Origin: Octopus sinensis
Lineage: Eukaryota
Assembly: GCF_006345805.1 (NCBI RefSeq)
Contig: NC_043017.1
Span: forward strand, 28,520,001 to 28,584,000
DNA: 64,000 nt
Reading direction: 5' to 3'
A program made the translations under genes and the position numbers. Below the pieces are notes generated by a model, which saw nothing but the letters and a program-made list of their open reading frames with translations, was not told where the DNA came from and searched no databases. This document shows, piece by piece, positions 1 to 12,494 of the stretch. Position 1 is the first letter of the stretch, and every line of letters starts with the position of its first letter.

Positions 1-54
1 AAATGTGTTGAGTGCCCTTTTCTTTTGTTTGTCCATTCACTAGTTTATATATAT

Positions 55-699
55 ATATTATATTGAGGGTACTACTATTCGTAGATACCAACACGCTAAG
101 AGGGACCAATGCGGTCAAAACTACTAAAAATAAACAAACCTTACGAGGTTTTTCACGCTGACTACTGATAATTTCTTTTAAAGATTTTATCCTCAATTGT
201 TAATTTATATTTTTCACCGGAATAGTTCAATACTGAATTTTTATTCCGAATAGACAATTTGGTACCGAAATGCATTGCGAATAAGCCCGCCATTTTCATA
301 GCTATGTAAAGATAAACATTCGGACATGCTACGACGAATTCTACGGTTGGCTATCGAGCTTGTAATGTTATGTTTTTCTCTTATATTTCTTGAGTTTGTT
401 GCACTGATGAACATAAAAATGCATATTCTGCATTTAAATGCGAAATCACATGTGATATGTAACTGAATTCTTTTTTAAAATGATGTGTTTTGAAGTTTTG
501 CATTCGGTAAAATTTTGTTTATTTTTAGTAGTTTTGACCGCATTGGTCCCTCTTAGCGTGTTGGTATCTACGAATAGTAGTACCCTCAATATAATATAAA
601 TGAATATTTTCAAAGAGGAATAATTTACGGATTTTTTCTCTTACGAGGTTTTTCACGCTGACTACTGATAATTTCTTTTAAAGATTTTATCCTCAATTG

Positions 700-705
<6 letters not shown>
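55..705 (+). mobile_element. Non-autonomous Penelope-like/retrozyme-type element: inverted 5' arm plus 1.13 tandem units of 500 bp, inserted in (TA)n
   Basis: 55-138 is the reverse complement of 514-597; 140-205 repeats directly at 640-705 (period 500); (TA)n on both sides; internal hammerhead motif. Confidence 0.7.
398..463 (+). ncRNA. Type I hammerhead ribozyme (10.1-11.1 closing pair A.C mismatch)
   Basis: Stem I GTTGCA/TGTAAC; core CTGATGA 404-410; stem II aCATaaAAATGCA-tattc-TGCATTTaaATGc; GAAA 442-445; palindromic stem III ATCACATGTGAT; cleavage triplet ATA ending at 457. Confidence 0.8.
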
Positions 706-738
<33 letters not shown>

Positions 739-879
739 CTAGCAGATCCTCGGAAGTAGGTGTAATAATTACCCATGTGCCTGTTTTATTAGCTGGTTCC
801 CTACTAAAAACGTTTTTCAATACGTTCGTGTGCATAAGAATAAATAAAATGGAAGTTGCTGAAAAAATAAAACAATAGC

Positions 880-1192
880 CTGGTATTTCGTCGGTTACAA
901 TGACGAGGGTTCCAGTTGAACAGCCTGCTCGTGAAATTAACGTATAATTGACCGAATCATCCACCGACGTGCGTACTCTTACCGTAGTTCTCAGCGAGAT
1001 TAAGCGTGACACAAAACGTGACAAAGCTGGCTCACTGAAATTACTGGTCCTACTCACTTTTGCCAGCTGAGTGGACAGGAGCAACGTGAAATGAAGTGTC
1101 TTACTGAAGGACAAAACGCATCGCCGGGAATCGAACTCAGGATCTTGCGATCGTGAGCCAAATATACTAACCGTTCAAGTCACGCGCCTGCA
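880..1192 (-). mobile_element. Degenerate tRNA-derived SINE with Meta-like core and the same tail as the OR1-type SINE
   Basis: A/B boxes on minus strand (GAGTTCGATTCCC); core like that of 51240-51578; tail ...AATTTCACGAGCAGGCTGTTC...GGAACCCTCGTC shared with 2681-3065. Confidence 0.7.
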
Positions 1193-2680
1193 AAGGTTAG
1201 ATAGGTCGTGCGACGTCAAAGAAAACAGTTGTCGTTTGACTACACTTTCTTATAACAATTACTGCTGCTAAATATCCCTCTGTATTTAGAGGTTATTAAA
1301 TCCAACGATTCAATTTCGTTATGCTTCACAAAACCTGTTAAAGCAATTCTTATCCCTTTCAAAAAATTACTTCTGGTCGAACCCTGTCCCTTAATTCACC
1401 CCCTCTAGTATAAATGCAGTGTATGGTAGCTTTTGGAAAGTCTGCTTTGGATGGTATTGGTATCTTATATTTTTAGTGCTTTTTTTGTAATTGTTTTCTT
1501 TTTAACTCTTGCATAACATGAAGGTTTAGGTTACTCTTGGGACTGTTCCAGAAGTTAATAGTCCTATGATATATTTTGAATTATGGTTTATTTTTAGGAT
1601 CCAGACAGTCGGGTGAGTTTATTTTCAACTAAGTATTTAATATTAGAATATCATATTTGATCACTTATATTGATCTCCTCATAATTAATACAGTTTTTAA
1701 ATTATTTTATTACAGTAAATATTATCTCCTCAGACTCTGCAGAATTTGGATTGTATAGGCCCACATTACAGGCATTAGAGCTGATGCCAACCAATGTTTC
1801 AATTATTACTTTACCCGAAGTGTACTTTGTATTTTTAATGCATTAGGGTATGATTTGAGTGAGATTAAACTGTTGTTTCTAGGTCTAGTGAGTCTGTGAT
1901 AAAATAAAGGTTCCCTAATTTAATTACTGGTTCATTTATAAAACAGCAGTTATTGCCCTTAGTGCCATTCGATTGAGACTATGATGCATTACCGAATGCC
2001 TAAATCTATACACATATCACCCAAAATTGTTAAACAGTTCCTGTCCGTCGAACCTGAACTATTATACAGTATAATATGACGTCAGCAATGTAAAGTAATT
2101 GCTAGGGTTGACTTATTAAGACAATTTCTTGAAGCTAGTTACATTAAGTATTGATGATGATTGTTGTCTCTCGTTGTCCGAGAAAGACGGTTCTTCAATC
2201 TCTTGCTGAACAAAACGCACAAACGGTATCTTTACAATGATCAAATGCATGTGGGGTACATTACGTAACTCCCTACAGCAAATCGACATTGCCTGAAAAG
2301 GATCACGGTGTACCACACGTCAGGAGTTGAAATGGTCACAGAGGAACGTAGAATGGAATGTTTTGCTGAAGGACATCACCCGATCGAGGAATTGAAACCA
2401 CAGTCTCTCGATCTAAGGGTAACACTCAAACTTCTAATATGAAATATTAGGTTATCCTCAAATGGATAGACACTTCATATTTCATCTTTCAACTTTTACC
2501 TTTTATTTGTTCCAGTCATTGGACTGCAGCCATCCTGGGATACCGCCTTGAGGCTGAGGCATCGTCTTTATGTCACATGAGTTTATAGGACATAAACTAT
2601 TATCTATACAGTTGAATCCAGTTATGATTGCTGGCAAAATGTAAGTATTTAAGAGTTACTTGCGAATTATTTGATTATAG

Positions 2681-3065
2681 TGGAGGCGCAATGGCCCAGT
2701 GGTTAGGGCAGCGGACTCGCGGTCATAAGATCGCGGTTTCGATTCCCAGACCGGGCGTTGTGAGTGTTTATTGAGCGAAAACACCTAAAGCTCCACGAGG
2801 CTCTGGTAGGGGATGGTGGGGATCCCTGCTGTACTGTTTCAACACAACTTTCTCTCACTCTTACTTCCTGTTTCTGTTGTACCTGTATTTCAAAGGGCCG
2901 GCCTTGTCACTCTCTGTGTCACGCCGAATATCCCTGAGAACTACGTTAAGGGTACGCGTGTCTGTGGAGTGCTCAGCCACTTACACGTTAATTTCATGAG
3001 CAGGCTGTTCCGTTGATTCGGATCAACCGGAACCCTCATCGTCGTAACCGACGGAGTGCTTCCAC
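2681..3065 (+). mobile_element. tRNA-derived SINE, octopus OR1-like, full length
   Basis: A box TGGCCCAGTGG, B box GGTTTCGATTCCC; 12-bp TSD ATTTGATTATAG (2669-2680/3066-3077); three more near-identical copies in the window. Confidence 0.9.
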
Positions 3066-3224
3066 ATTTGATTATAGCATATTATGCAGTTAACTACTAT
3101 TGTAATCCGGGATAGAGAAAATCGTGTTAGACAAATTAAATGAACGAAAATTTCGAATAGGCGTGTTGAAAAGCTTACACCGTCAACCGGTTTCAACTCC
3201 ATTTCCTGTTCCGTGGCTGCTTTT

Positions 3225-3385
3225 TTCGTCCGTCGCTTCGTTCAGAGTTCAAATTCCTCCGAGGTCGACTTTGCCTTTTATCCTTTCGGGGTCGATAAAA
3301 TAAGAACCAGTTGAACACTTGGGTCGATGTAATCAACCAATCCACTGCCCCAAAGCAGTTGCCCTTGAGACAAAATTTGAAATTA
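3225..3385 (+). mobile_element. Nin-domain SINE, degenerate and 5' truncated
   Basis: GAGTTCAAATTCC B box followed by GGTCGACTTTGCCTTT..TCCTTTCGGGGTCGATAAA core. Confidence 0.75.
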
Positions 3386-3391
3386 TTTTTA

Positions 3392-3838
3392 TTATGACTT
3401 CCGCCTTAGCGAAGGCAGAGGTATTGTTTTCAGTCGTGTTTGTTTGACCGTGGACAAGATATCTCAAGAACCGCAGGATAAATTCGACTGAAACTTTCAA
3501 GGATGTTTGGCCTTGTGACTGGACGGAACTGATTAGGTTTAGGGATCGATCAATTACCAGACAAGAAATCTGGAGTATTTGTTATATATACCTTACTTTA
3601 CTGGAAGTCTTTCAAGTGATTCTCTAATTATGTCCCTAATGTTATATATTATACGTACATATTAACACTTTACAGTATATTTACATATATAGATAATTCT
3701 ATATATCGATCTAAAACAACAGCAAAACTAATGGAAGGCCGGAATTTAAGAGGCGAGAAAACCGAATGTTCTCATGCTATTCATTAAAAATTCCTGAGTA
3801 GAACTATTACTGGCGGAGGTTTGTGCTCTCTGAGTGCT

Positions 3839-3840
<2 letters not shown>
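3392..3840 (+). mobile_element. Helentron-associated non-autonomous element (HINE/DINE-1-like)
   Basis: 5' subterminal palindrome ACTTCCGCC..GGCAGAGGT followed by GTTT microrepeats; 3' subTIR GGCGGAGGT (~3812) followed by a short hairpin GCTCTCTGAGTGC. Confidence 0.6.
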
Positions 3841-3869
<29 letters not shown>

Positions 3870-3908
3870 TAATAATGATAATAATAATAACAATAAAAAT
3901 TATAATAA

Positions 3909-3939
<31 letters not shown>

Positions 3940-3973
3940 TATAGTTGTTATTATTATTATTATTATTATTATT
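3840..3973. repeat. (AAT)n/(TTA)n microsatellite
   Basis: Direct reading. Confidence 0.95.
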
Positions 3974-3974
3974 A

Positions 3975-4195
3975 AGGTAGGCAGATGGGAGTATTGCTAG
4001 CATACCGAACAAAATGCTTAACGGCATTTAGTCCGTATTTATGATCGGAGTTCAAATGCCACCGAAGATGAACTTTGGTTTTCATCCTTTCGGGGTCGAT
4101 AAAATGAGTACCTATTGAACACTGGGGTCTATGTGTTCGGCTTACTCCATTCCTCAAATATTTCTGGCCCTGTGCCAAAATTTGAAACCATTATT
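3975..4195 (+). mobile_element. Nin-domain SINE, old degenerate copy
   Basis: Decayed head, GGAGTTCAAAT B box, TTTCATCCTTTCGGGGTCGATAAAATGAGTACC core. Confidence 0.75.
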
Positions 4196-4835
4196 ATGGT
4201 TGTTGTTGTTGTTGTGTCTGATGATGTTCTGACAATTGTTATTGTTATAACAAATATTATATTTTTATTAAATCACCGTGTGAGACGAAGAATTAAGATA
4301 AACAATGTCTGTCTTAGTTTTATTTCAGAAAATATCGGGGAAATGTACGACTTCGCTTTACTTTCACTTTCTCTTTTACCGCTTGTCTTTCACGTTCTTT
4401 TCCGAATCTATAAAAACTACAAACACATTTTAAAATTGGATTGAAATAAAGAATACCGTAGATTTCCGTCTTAAACTTTATTTACAATTCGCTGTTTGGT
4501 TTCGTCAAAAACGTCTCCGTGAAACATTCGTCTTTTACGGCTTTACATCATCAGCGAACTAAACTCAAATAATAAACGTTGGCATTATTCCAATATATAA
4601 GTGAGAAAGTTGTATTGTAGAACCTATGAACTTTAAGTGATCATCGACCAGGCTCAAATCGAAATGGGGTTTTGGCATGTAATCAACTTGGAGATGATAT
4701 ATCGTTGATTTGCGGCAAATAAGTGGCAACTGGTGTTGCTGTTGTTTTTGCTGTTATCGTTGGTAATGGCTTGTGAGTGGTTGGTGTTGAGGCCGTGGGA
4801 CATATCGTTATTTTATATTTTGATTGAAAAGAGCT

Positions 4836-4880
<45 letters not shown>

Positions 4881-5111
4881 GTATATGCTTACGGATACAT
4901 GTGCAATTAGACAGGGGCACATGCATGTATGTAAGTAGGCGTGTATGCATATATATGTGTGCGTGTGTATATGTGTATGTCTGAATACATGTGAATATAA
5001 AAATATGTATATACGCATGTATGTATGTACGTATTGAACCACCGCTATTGTCCATCCACATCGTCTTTTATTATGCATACATATATAATATATATACACA
5101 CACAAACACAC

Positions 5112-5157
<46 letters not shown>

Positions 5158-5202
5158 TAATATATATGCATAATACATGTACATATGTGTTTCTGTGTGT
5201 AA

Positions 5203-5235
<33 letters not shown>

Positions 5236-6098
5236 TATATATATACATACATATATACATATATATATATGCTGGTATGTATGTCTGTGTATGCAATACG
5301 CATGTAGTCAAAGCTAAAACGAATGTCTTGTATGTATGTGAGTGAGTGTGAAATTTAAGTGTGCATGTATTCGTGTATGTGTGTATGCATACCTGCGTGG
5401 GAATGCGAGCGCGCACATCTTTCCATTTTCCTTTAAATATTATTGATGACGTAGTTTTAAACTGGTGTAATACAGGAGTGGACATAGTTCCGAGATTGAG
5501 CTAGGCCCTCAGAGATTTGTGTAGCTATAATCCATTAATAGAGCTTAGAGTTATATATTAAACTTGGCCAATATTGTCTATATAAGATAAAAAGTAAAGA
5601 AATAACAAAAACTGCATCGTAATGGAAATACTATTATAGAAGCAAATGCTATCGTTCTGCTGCAATAGAACAGATAAGAAATCAGTAGGAAACAGGAAGA
5701 CGACTGCAATGCCAAGGAAGAAATCGTAGTTGCTTATGAAGCAATTAGAGAGCATTCACGTAACCTGAGAGATGCTAGAAATAGCAGCCAAATCTCTCTT
5801 CTATCACAGCCAACGCCTGGAGATAAGGAGAATGCATATTATTGAAGTGGTTTTATAATATGTCTAAACGAGAGATAATTTTCACGGCATCAATGACTTC
5901 CATCAAAATTTTGCTCGAATGGATTTTGGATTTTTAAGTTGTGGCTAAAAAGCAATAAGGAGAACAACGACGATAGCCACAACAACATCAGGAATCGCAA
6001 TAATGAGATCTTCTGAACACAGACACAGTCAAACGAACAGATTTTTATATCTTTAGGACTAGAATTAGAAACTATGTTACTGAGGAATTTATTGCTAA

Positions 6099-6481
6099 TC
6101 TCTCTCTATATAAAGTTGTTTGTGTATGGCAGGTTTGGTAGCCTTCAACTAACACTATCTCCTCCGAGACCCTGCAGCGCAAGTTGACCAAAATTGAGAG
6201 TATGATAGAAGGCTTGCTCTTCCTTCCGTAGAAGAAATAATTCAAATCGGACCATGTTAACACCAAAATTTATTTACATCAAAAATGTGCTTTTTTTATA
6301 TGAAAATCCTTATTTTTTACGATTTTCTGACTGCTGTGTCGTCATTTTTCGGTGTATTTTAACCAAAAATATGTTCACTATAAGAGAATAAGAAGCTACA
6401 TAATGCAAAATTTTTCGTTTTCAAAAATTCCAATTCTAAAGGGTCGAAACAAACCCGAACAACGCTGGGCAATACTGCTAG
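6099..6481 (+). mobile_element. Non-autonomous Helitron (body type H3)
   Basis: A|TC start, 3' hairpin CCCGAACAACGCTGGG then CTAG|T; homologous to 34047-34442. Confidence 0.75.
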
Positions 6482-6994
6482 TTATTATTTTCAGCGTGTA
6501 ACTTCGAGATTCTTCGTTTCCCCGAAGTTCCACTGAGTTGGCGCCTAAATCACATCACGAACTTAGCCGAGTGACTCCTGCAACGGGCTCGGATCGACTA
6601 TTTCTTTGTGATGTATTTTTGAGGGAAACTGTGTGAAAGCCTCTCATATATGAGTTTGATTTTGTGTGTCGGTGTGTCTGTGTGTATGTCTATGTCTCAG
6701 TGTGCGTTTGCATGTGTGTGTGAGAGAAAGAGGAGAGAGAGAAAAAATGAGAGAGAGAAAAGTGTGTGTGTGTGTGTGTGGTTGTGTGTGTGTGTATGTG
6801 TGTGCATGTTTGTACCGGACCACTCGAACAGCAGTGTTAGTTTGTTTACGTACCCGTAAGGCAGCAGATACCGATGAAATGTTCGAGATAAAAACCAAAA
6901 ACCAAAAGCGTAATGGTACCGATTTGTTCGAATAAATCCTTCAATGAAATGCTCCAGAATGGCCACCGTTAAAAGACTTAAATAAATAAAAGTG

Positions 6995-7145
6995 ATTCCG
7001 CGAATTTTGTAATTTTTTTCAAGATTTATACATATGTAGATATCGTCGGTATCTACATATCAAATTTGAGCGCAATCGGATGGAGGATGCCCGAGATCCT
7101 AGAAGACAGACACACAGACGGACAGAACGGATTTTATATAATAGA
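6995..7145 (-). mobile_element. 5' fragment of another non-autonomous Helitron
   Basis: Minus strand TCTATTATATAAAA followed by CTGT microrepeats, like the other Helitron 5' ends. Confidence 0.5.
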
Positions 7146-7591
7146 TAAATAAGAAAGAAGAGCGAAATTGGAAAAAGCGTAAATTCCTTTCTGTTCAGCG
7201 GTGAAATTTAATAAAATAATGAATTATTTTTATATAAAAAAACATTTTCTTAAACATTATTTCTTAATACTTTTTCCATACGTATCACTTTGCTTTCGAT
7301 AGTTGACACTTATGAAGTGTGTATATGTGCGTGAGTACATAGATGTGTTCAGCAACTACTAAATTTTCTTCAGTGTTTGTTACATTTCATTGATTGGAAT
7401 TTGCGTATATGTAGCCAGAGATCTCGGAAGTTTTCTATTTTTGTGACGCCAATAACTCTACGAAATTGTATATTTAGAAATCTTCTGAGATTAAACAATT
7501 TACGGGAAGCATCCGCATAATATTATTGTTAGGTTAATGGTAACGTAACTAAGGTTTGTAAAACATTAAAACGTCAAGTAAAATTATATTG

Positions 7592-7629
<38 letters not shown>

Positions 7630-7658
7630 TTGCATATATATAGATATGTATGTTTATG

Positions 7659-7713
<55 letters not shown>

Positions 7714-7924
7714 ATATATATATGTGTGTATGTGTTAAATGAAGCCTACTCGAAAAAGATGGCAGTGAATTTCGTATTCTGCGTTCCAAAGTTTAGATTC
7801 TGATTCTTCATATTGTTTTGAATATATAAAAATAATTATCACTGTATAATAAAAAAAAAACATCTTCAGTTTATACTAACTAAACATGAATGCATAGAGT
7901 TGTGATAATTTTATCGCTTCCGTC

Positions 7925-8452
7925 CTGTCTATCTATCTATCTATCTATATATATATATCTATATCTATATATATCTATATATATATATATCTATATCTAT
8001 ATCTATATCTATATATATCTATATATATATATCTATATATATATATATCTATATATATCTATATCTATATCTATATCTATATATATCTATATCTATATCT
8101 ATATCTATATATATAATATATCTATATCTATATATATATATATATCTATATCTATATATATATCTATATCTATATCTATATCTATATATATATCTATATC
8201 TATATCTATATAATATATTCTATATCTATATCTATATCTATATATATATCTATATATATATATCTATATATCTATATCTATATCTATATCTATATCTATA
8301 TATATATATTATATCTATATATATCTACTATATATATATCTATATATATATCTATATATATATATCTATATATATATCTATATATATATCATATCTATAT
8401 ATATATCTATCTATATATCTATATATCCTATATATAGATATCTATATATATC

Positions 8453-8490
<38 letters not shown>

Positions 8491-8657
8491 ATCTATATTT
8501 ATATCTATATATATATATCTATATATTATATATCTATATATATATCTATATATATATCTATATATATATCATATATATATTATCTATATATATCTATATT
8601 ATCTATATCTATATATATATATCTATATATATATATCTATACATCTATATCTATATA

Positions 8658-8688
<31 letters not shown>
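7925..8688. repeat. Compound (TA)n/(TATC)n/(TATATC)n microsatellite
   Basis: Direct reading. Confidence 0.95.
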
Positions 8689-8691
<3 letters not shown>

Positions 8692-8915
8692 TTCCCCAAC
8701 AGGACGGGATGCCGGTCCGTCGCAAGATGCAGCAGGAAAAGATTGAGAGAAAGTTGTGGCGAAAGAGTCAGCAGATGTTCGCCATTGCCTTCTTCCGGAG
8801 TCGCATGGAACTTAGGTGTTTTGCTCATGAACACACAAACATCGACTGGTCTGAGATTCGAAGCCGCGATCTCTCGCACGCGAGTCCGCTGCTCTAACCA
8901 CTAGGCCATGCGCCT
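8689..8915 (-). mobile_element. tRNA-derived SINE with OR-type head and a third, distinct tail
   Basis: Head GGCGCATGGCCTAGTGGTTAGAGCAGCGGACTCGCG resembles 2681 and 21694; diverges after ACAACTTTCTCTC. Confidence 0.75.
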
Positions 8916-9560
8916 ACACACACACAAACAGAGACATATGGAGGCATATCTACTCAAACCCAATAAATACACTGCCGTGCATCTATACATTCGTACATGC
9001 TGTGTAATATAGGACAGCTGCGAAGAGAATGAGCATTTTTTGTCCAAAAGTATTGGTAAAGAAAAACCTCACTTGTACTCAATATGAATATTCAAATCTC
9101 GTACTATTGCTACAAGTTTGTATTTGCACCTATTATCGGACATGCACTGTAGAATGAAAGATCCGATTTACATAAAAGTCTCGAAATTCTGTATTTATCC
9201 AAGAGAATTGGCAAACTGACATGCATTGTCGTAGTCCGTTCGATTAGTGGAATTAAATGTTCGTAAAATATTGAATATTCTTAAAGCATTCGAAAGCTTT
9301 CAGAATTACAGACAATCTCATGTGAATGTAGTACACAAGCAAATGCATGCGGATTAATTAAAGTCACGTAAAATTGTCCTAAATGGGCATGCGCATTCAT
9401 TGCAAGAGCGCAAGCATAGATATACATAAATATATGCTGGTCGTTTGACGGAGACACACACACACACACAGTCACACATACACACACTTACAAATACAAG
9501 CACACATACATACTCGTACACAATGTTTCTTCCCAAGAAATAGAGGAAAAAGAAAGAGAG

Positions 9561-9604
<44 letters not shown>

Positions 9605-9639
9605 TATATACACACGTGTATATATGTATATCAATATCA

Positions 9640-9697
<58 letters not shown>

Positions 9698-10074
9698 GTA
9701 GGTGTGTGTTTGTGTGTGCGTGTGTATACATATATCTATACAGAGAGACAGCCAGAGGGAGAGAGAGAGAGAGAGGATTGTGCGCAGGATGGGATGTCAG
9801 AGGCTGTAGAAAGATCGCATGGAACGAAAAGCAAGAGATAAGCTGGAAGTCAGGAAGATTTTGAGCGCTGTGATTTGGCAGCTGCTGTGAACCCGCCGAT
9901 AGGAAGGTATTATGGTATTGCACATCAAGGCAGAAGGATGCAACAATGTTTCAAACACAATTCATCGTTCTGAAAGCTAAGGTGAATGAAGAAGAAACAT
10001 CTCCTTCAGATGTAATCAACCTTTTTGAACATATTTGTGTGTGTGCATACGTGCGTGCGAGCATGTGCATTTTT

Positions 10075-10087
10075 GTGTGTGTGTGTG

Positions 10088-10135
<48 letters not shown>

Positions 10136-10427
10136 GTATATACATATACATACATGAATACATACATAAATACATATATATATATATATATATATACACA
10201 TACATATATACATACATACATATATACATATATATATACATACATATATACAGATATTATACAGATATATATACATACATATATACAGATATATATATAT
10301 ACATACATCTATATATAAATATATAAATATATACATATATATATATATAACATACATATATATAAATATATAATATATACATATATACAAACATATATAT
10401 TATATATATATACATATATATACAAAC

Positions 10428-10462
<35 letters not shown>

Positions 10463-10553
10463 CAAACATATATATATATACACATACATACATACAAACA
10501 TATACATACATATATATACATACATACATATATATACATACATACATATATAC

Positions 10554-10650
<97 letters not shown>

Positions 10651-10687
10651 CATATATATACATACATACATATATATACATACATAC

Positions 10688-10762
<75 letters not shown>

Positions 10763-10800
10763 CATACATACATACATACATATACACTTATATACAAATA
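10075..10800. repeat. (TA)n/(TACA)n low-complexity tract
   Basis: Direct reading. Confidence 0.95.
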
Positions 10801-11654
10801 CATGCATACGTATATAGGCAGACAGAAACATAGATACAAAGATGATAGATAGATATATGGAGAACGCAGAAAGGAAGAACATGTCTTTTGGATTATATTT
10901 CGATATTCCTGGCTTAATCGAAACATGAGATAAGGTACAAAATCTCGATTTTGTCTTCTTTAATTTGTTTCACTGATTTTACTGAAATTTGGTTAAGTTA
11001 GCTTTTAAACAATTTACATTTAAATTTTGCACTCAAACCACACAACATTTTTTTCGTTTGTTTTTTCCTCAATCTTAATTTTTTTCCTTTTCTTCTTATT
11101 TTAGTACTGTTACCACCGGTACTAATATCACTTATACTAATACTACTACTACTACTACTTCTCTTTCTTCCTCTCCCCTATATCTTCTTCCTCCTCCTCC
11201 TTTTCTCTTCTAATACTACCATTAATACTACTTCTTTTTCTTCTTTTCTTCTCTCCTATTTCTTCTTCTTCTTCTCCTTTTTCTTGTCCTTCTTCCTTCT
11301 ATTTCTCCTTCCTGCTCCTGCTCCTCCTACTACTAGAAAGGAAGGGAATATAAAAGATACAGAACGAAAGGTGAAGGTGTAGAAGAAGAAGAGGAAGAAA
11401 GAGAAGAAAAGAGAAGAAAAGAGAAGAAGAAGAAGAAAATATATATAAACTTTTGGGTGTAGGCACCCAAGTTTTATTTATTTGACGGGAGAGCTTTAAT
11501 TGTGTTTTCTCAACGTCTCATTAAACACTCAGGATTATGATGTTTATTCACTATATTCTTCATATTATAGACAGTATACTGTATTCACTATACTAAACGC
11601 GGAATAAGAAGAATGGGTATCTAAAATAATGCACAAAGAAAATATAGAATATAT

Positions 11655-12067
11655 AGGAGTGGCTGTGTGGTAAGTAGCTTGCTTACGAACCATATGTTCC
11701 GAGTTCAGTCCCACTTCGTGGCACCTTCGGCAAGTGTCTTCTGCTATAGCATCGGGTCGAACAAAGCTGTGTGAGTGAATTTGGTAGACGAAAACTGAAA
11801 TAAGCCTGTCGTATATATGTATATATCTCTTTACTCTTTTACTTGTTTCAGTCATTTGACTGCGGCCATGCCGGAGCACCGCCTTTGATCGAGCAAATCG
11901 ACCCCAGGACTTATTCTTTGTAAGCCCAGTACTTATTCTATCGGTCTATTTTTGCCGAACCGCTAAGTGACGGGGACGTAAACACACCTGCATCAGTTGT
12001 CAAGCAATGCTAGGGGACAAACACAGACACACAAACACACACACATATATATATATATATATTATAT

Positions 12068-12099
<32 letters not shown>

Positions 12100-12494
12100 A
12101 ATATATATATACGACAGGCTTCTTTCAGTTTCCGTCTACCAAATCCACTCACAAGGCATTGGTCGGCTCGAGGCTATAGCAGAAGACACTTGCCCAAGAT
12201 GCCACGCAGTGGGACTGAACCCGGAAGTATGTGGTTGGTTAGCAAGCTACTTACCACACAGCCACTCCTGCGCCTATATATATGTGTGTGTTTGTGTGTC
12301 TGTGTTTGTCCCACCAACATCACTTAACAACCGATGCTGGTGTGTTTACGTCCTTGAAACTTAGAGACCGATAGAATAAGTACTAGGTTTACAAAGAATG
12401 AGTCCTTGGGTCGATTTGCTCGACTAAAGGCAGTGCTCCAGCCCGGCTACAGTCAAATGACTGAAACAAGTAACAGAGTAAAAGAGTAAGGAGT
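11655..12494 (+). mobile_element. CORE-like SINE with internal (TA)n(TG)n, split by a nested inverted copy
   Basis: 5' half 11655-11826 and 3' half 12276-12494 flank an antisense full copy. Confidence 0.85.
11827..12275 (-). mobile_element. CORE-like SINE, full length, nested
   Basis: Head AGGCGCAGGAGTGGCTGTGTGG, CORE-like CTTGGGCAAGTGTCTT, tail ...GACTGAAACAAGTAAAAGAG. Confidence 0.9.

Noticed and set aside
2681-2755. tRNA gene calls at SINE heads (also 21694, 35711, 51240)
   Set aside because: Continue into SINE bodies, most with TSDs; no acceptor-stem closure or terminator
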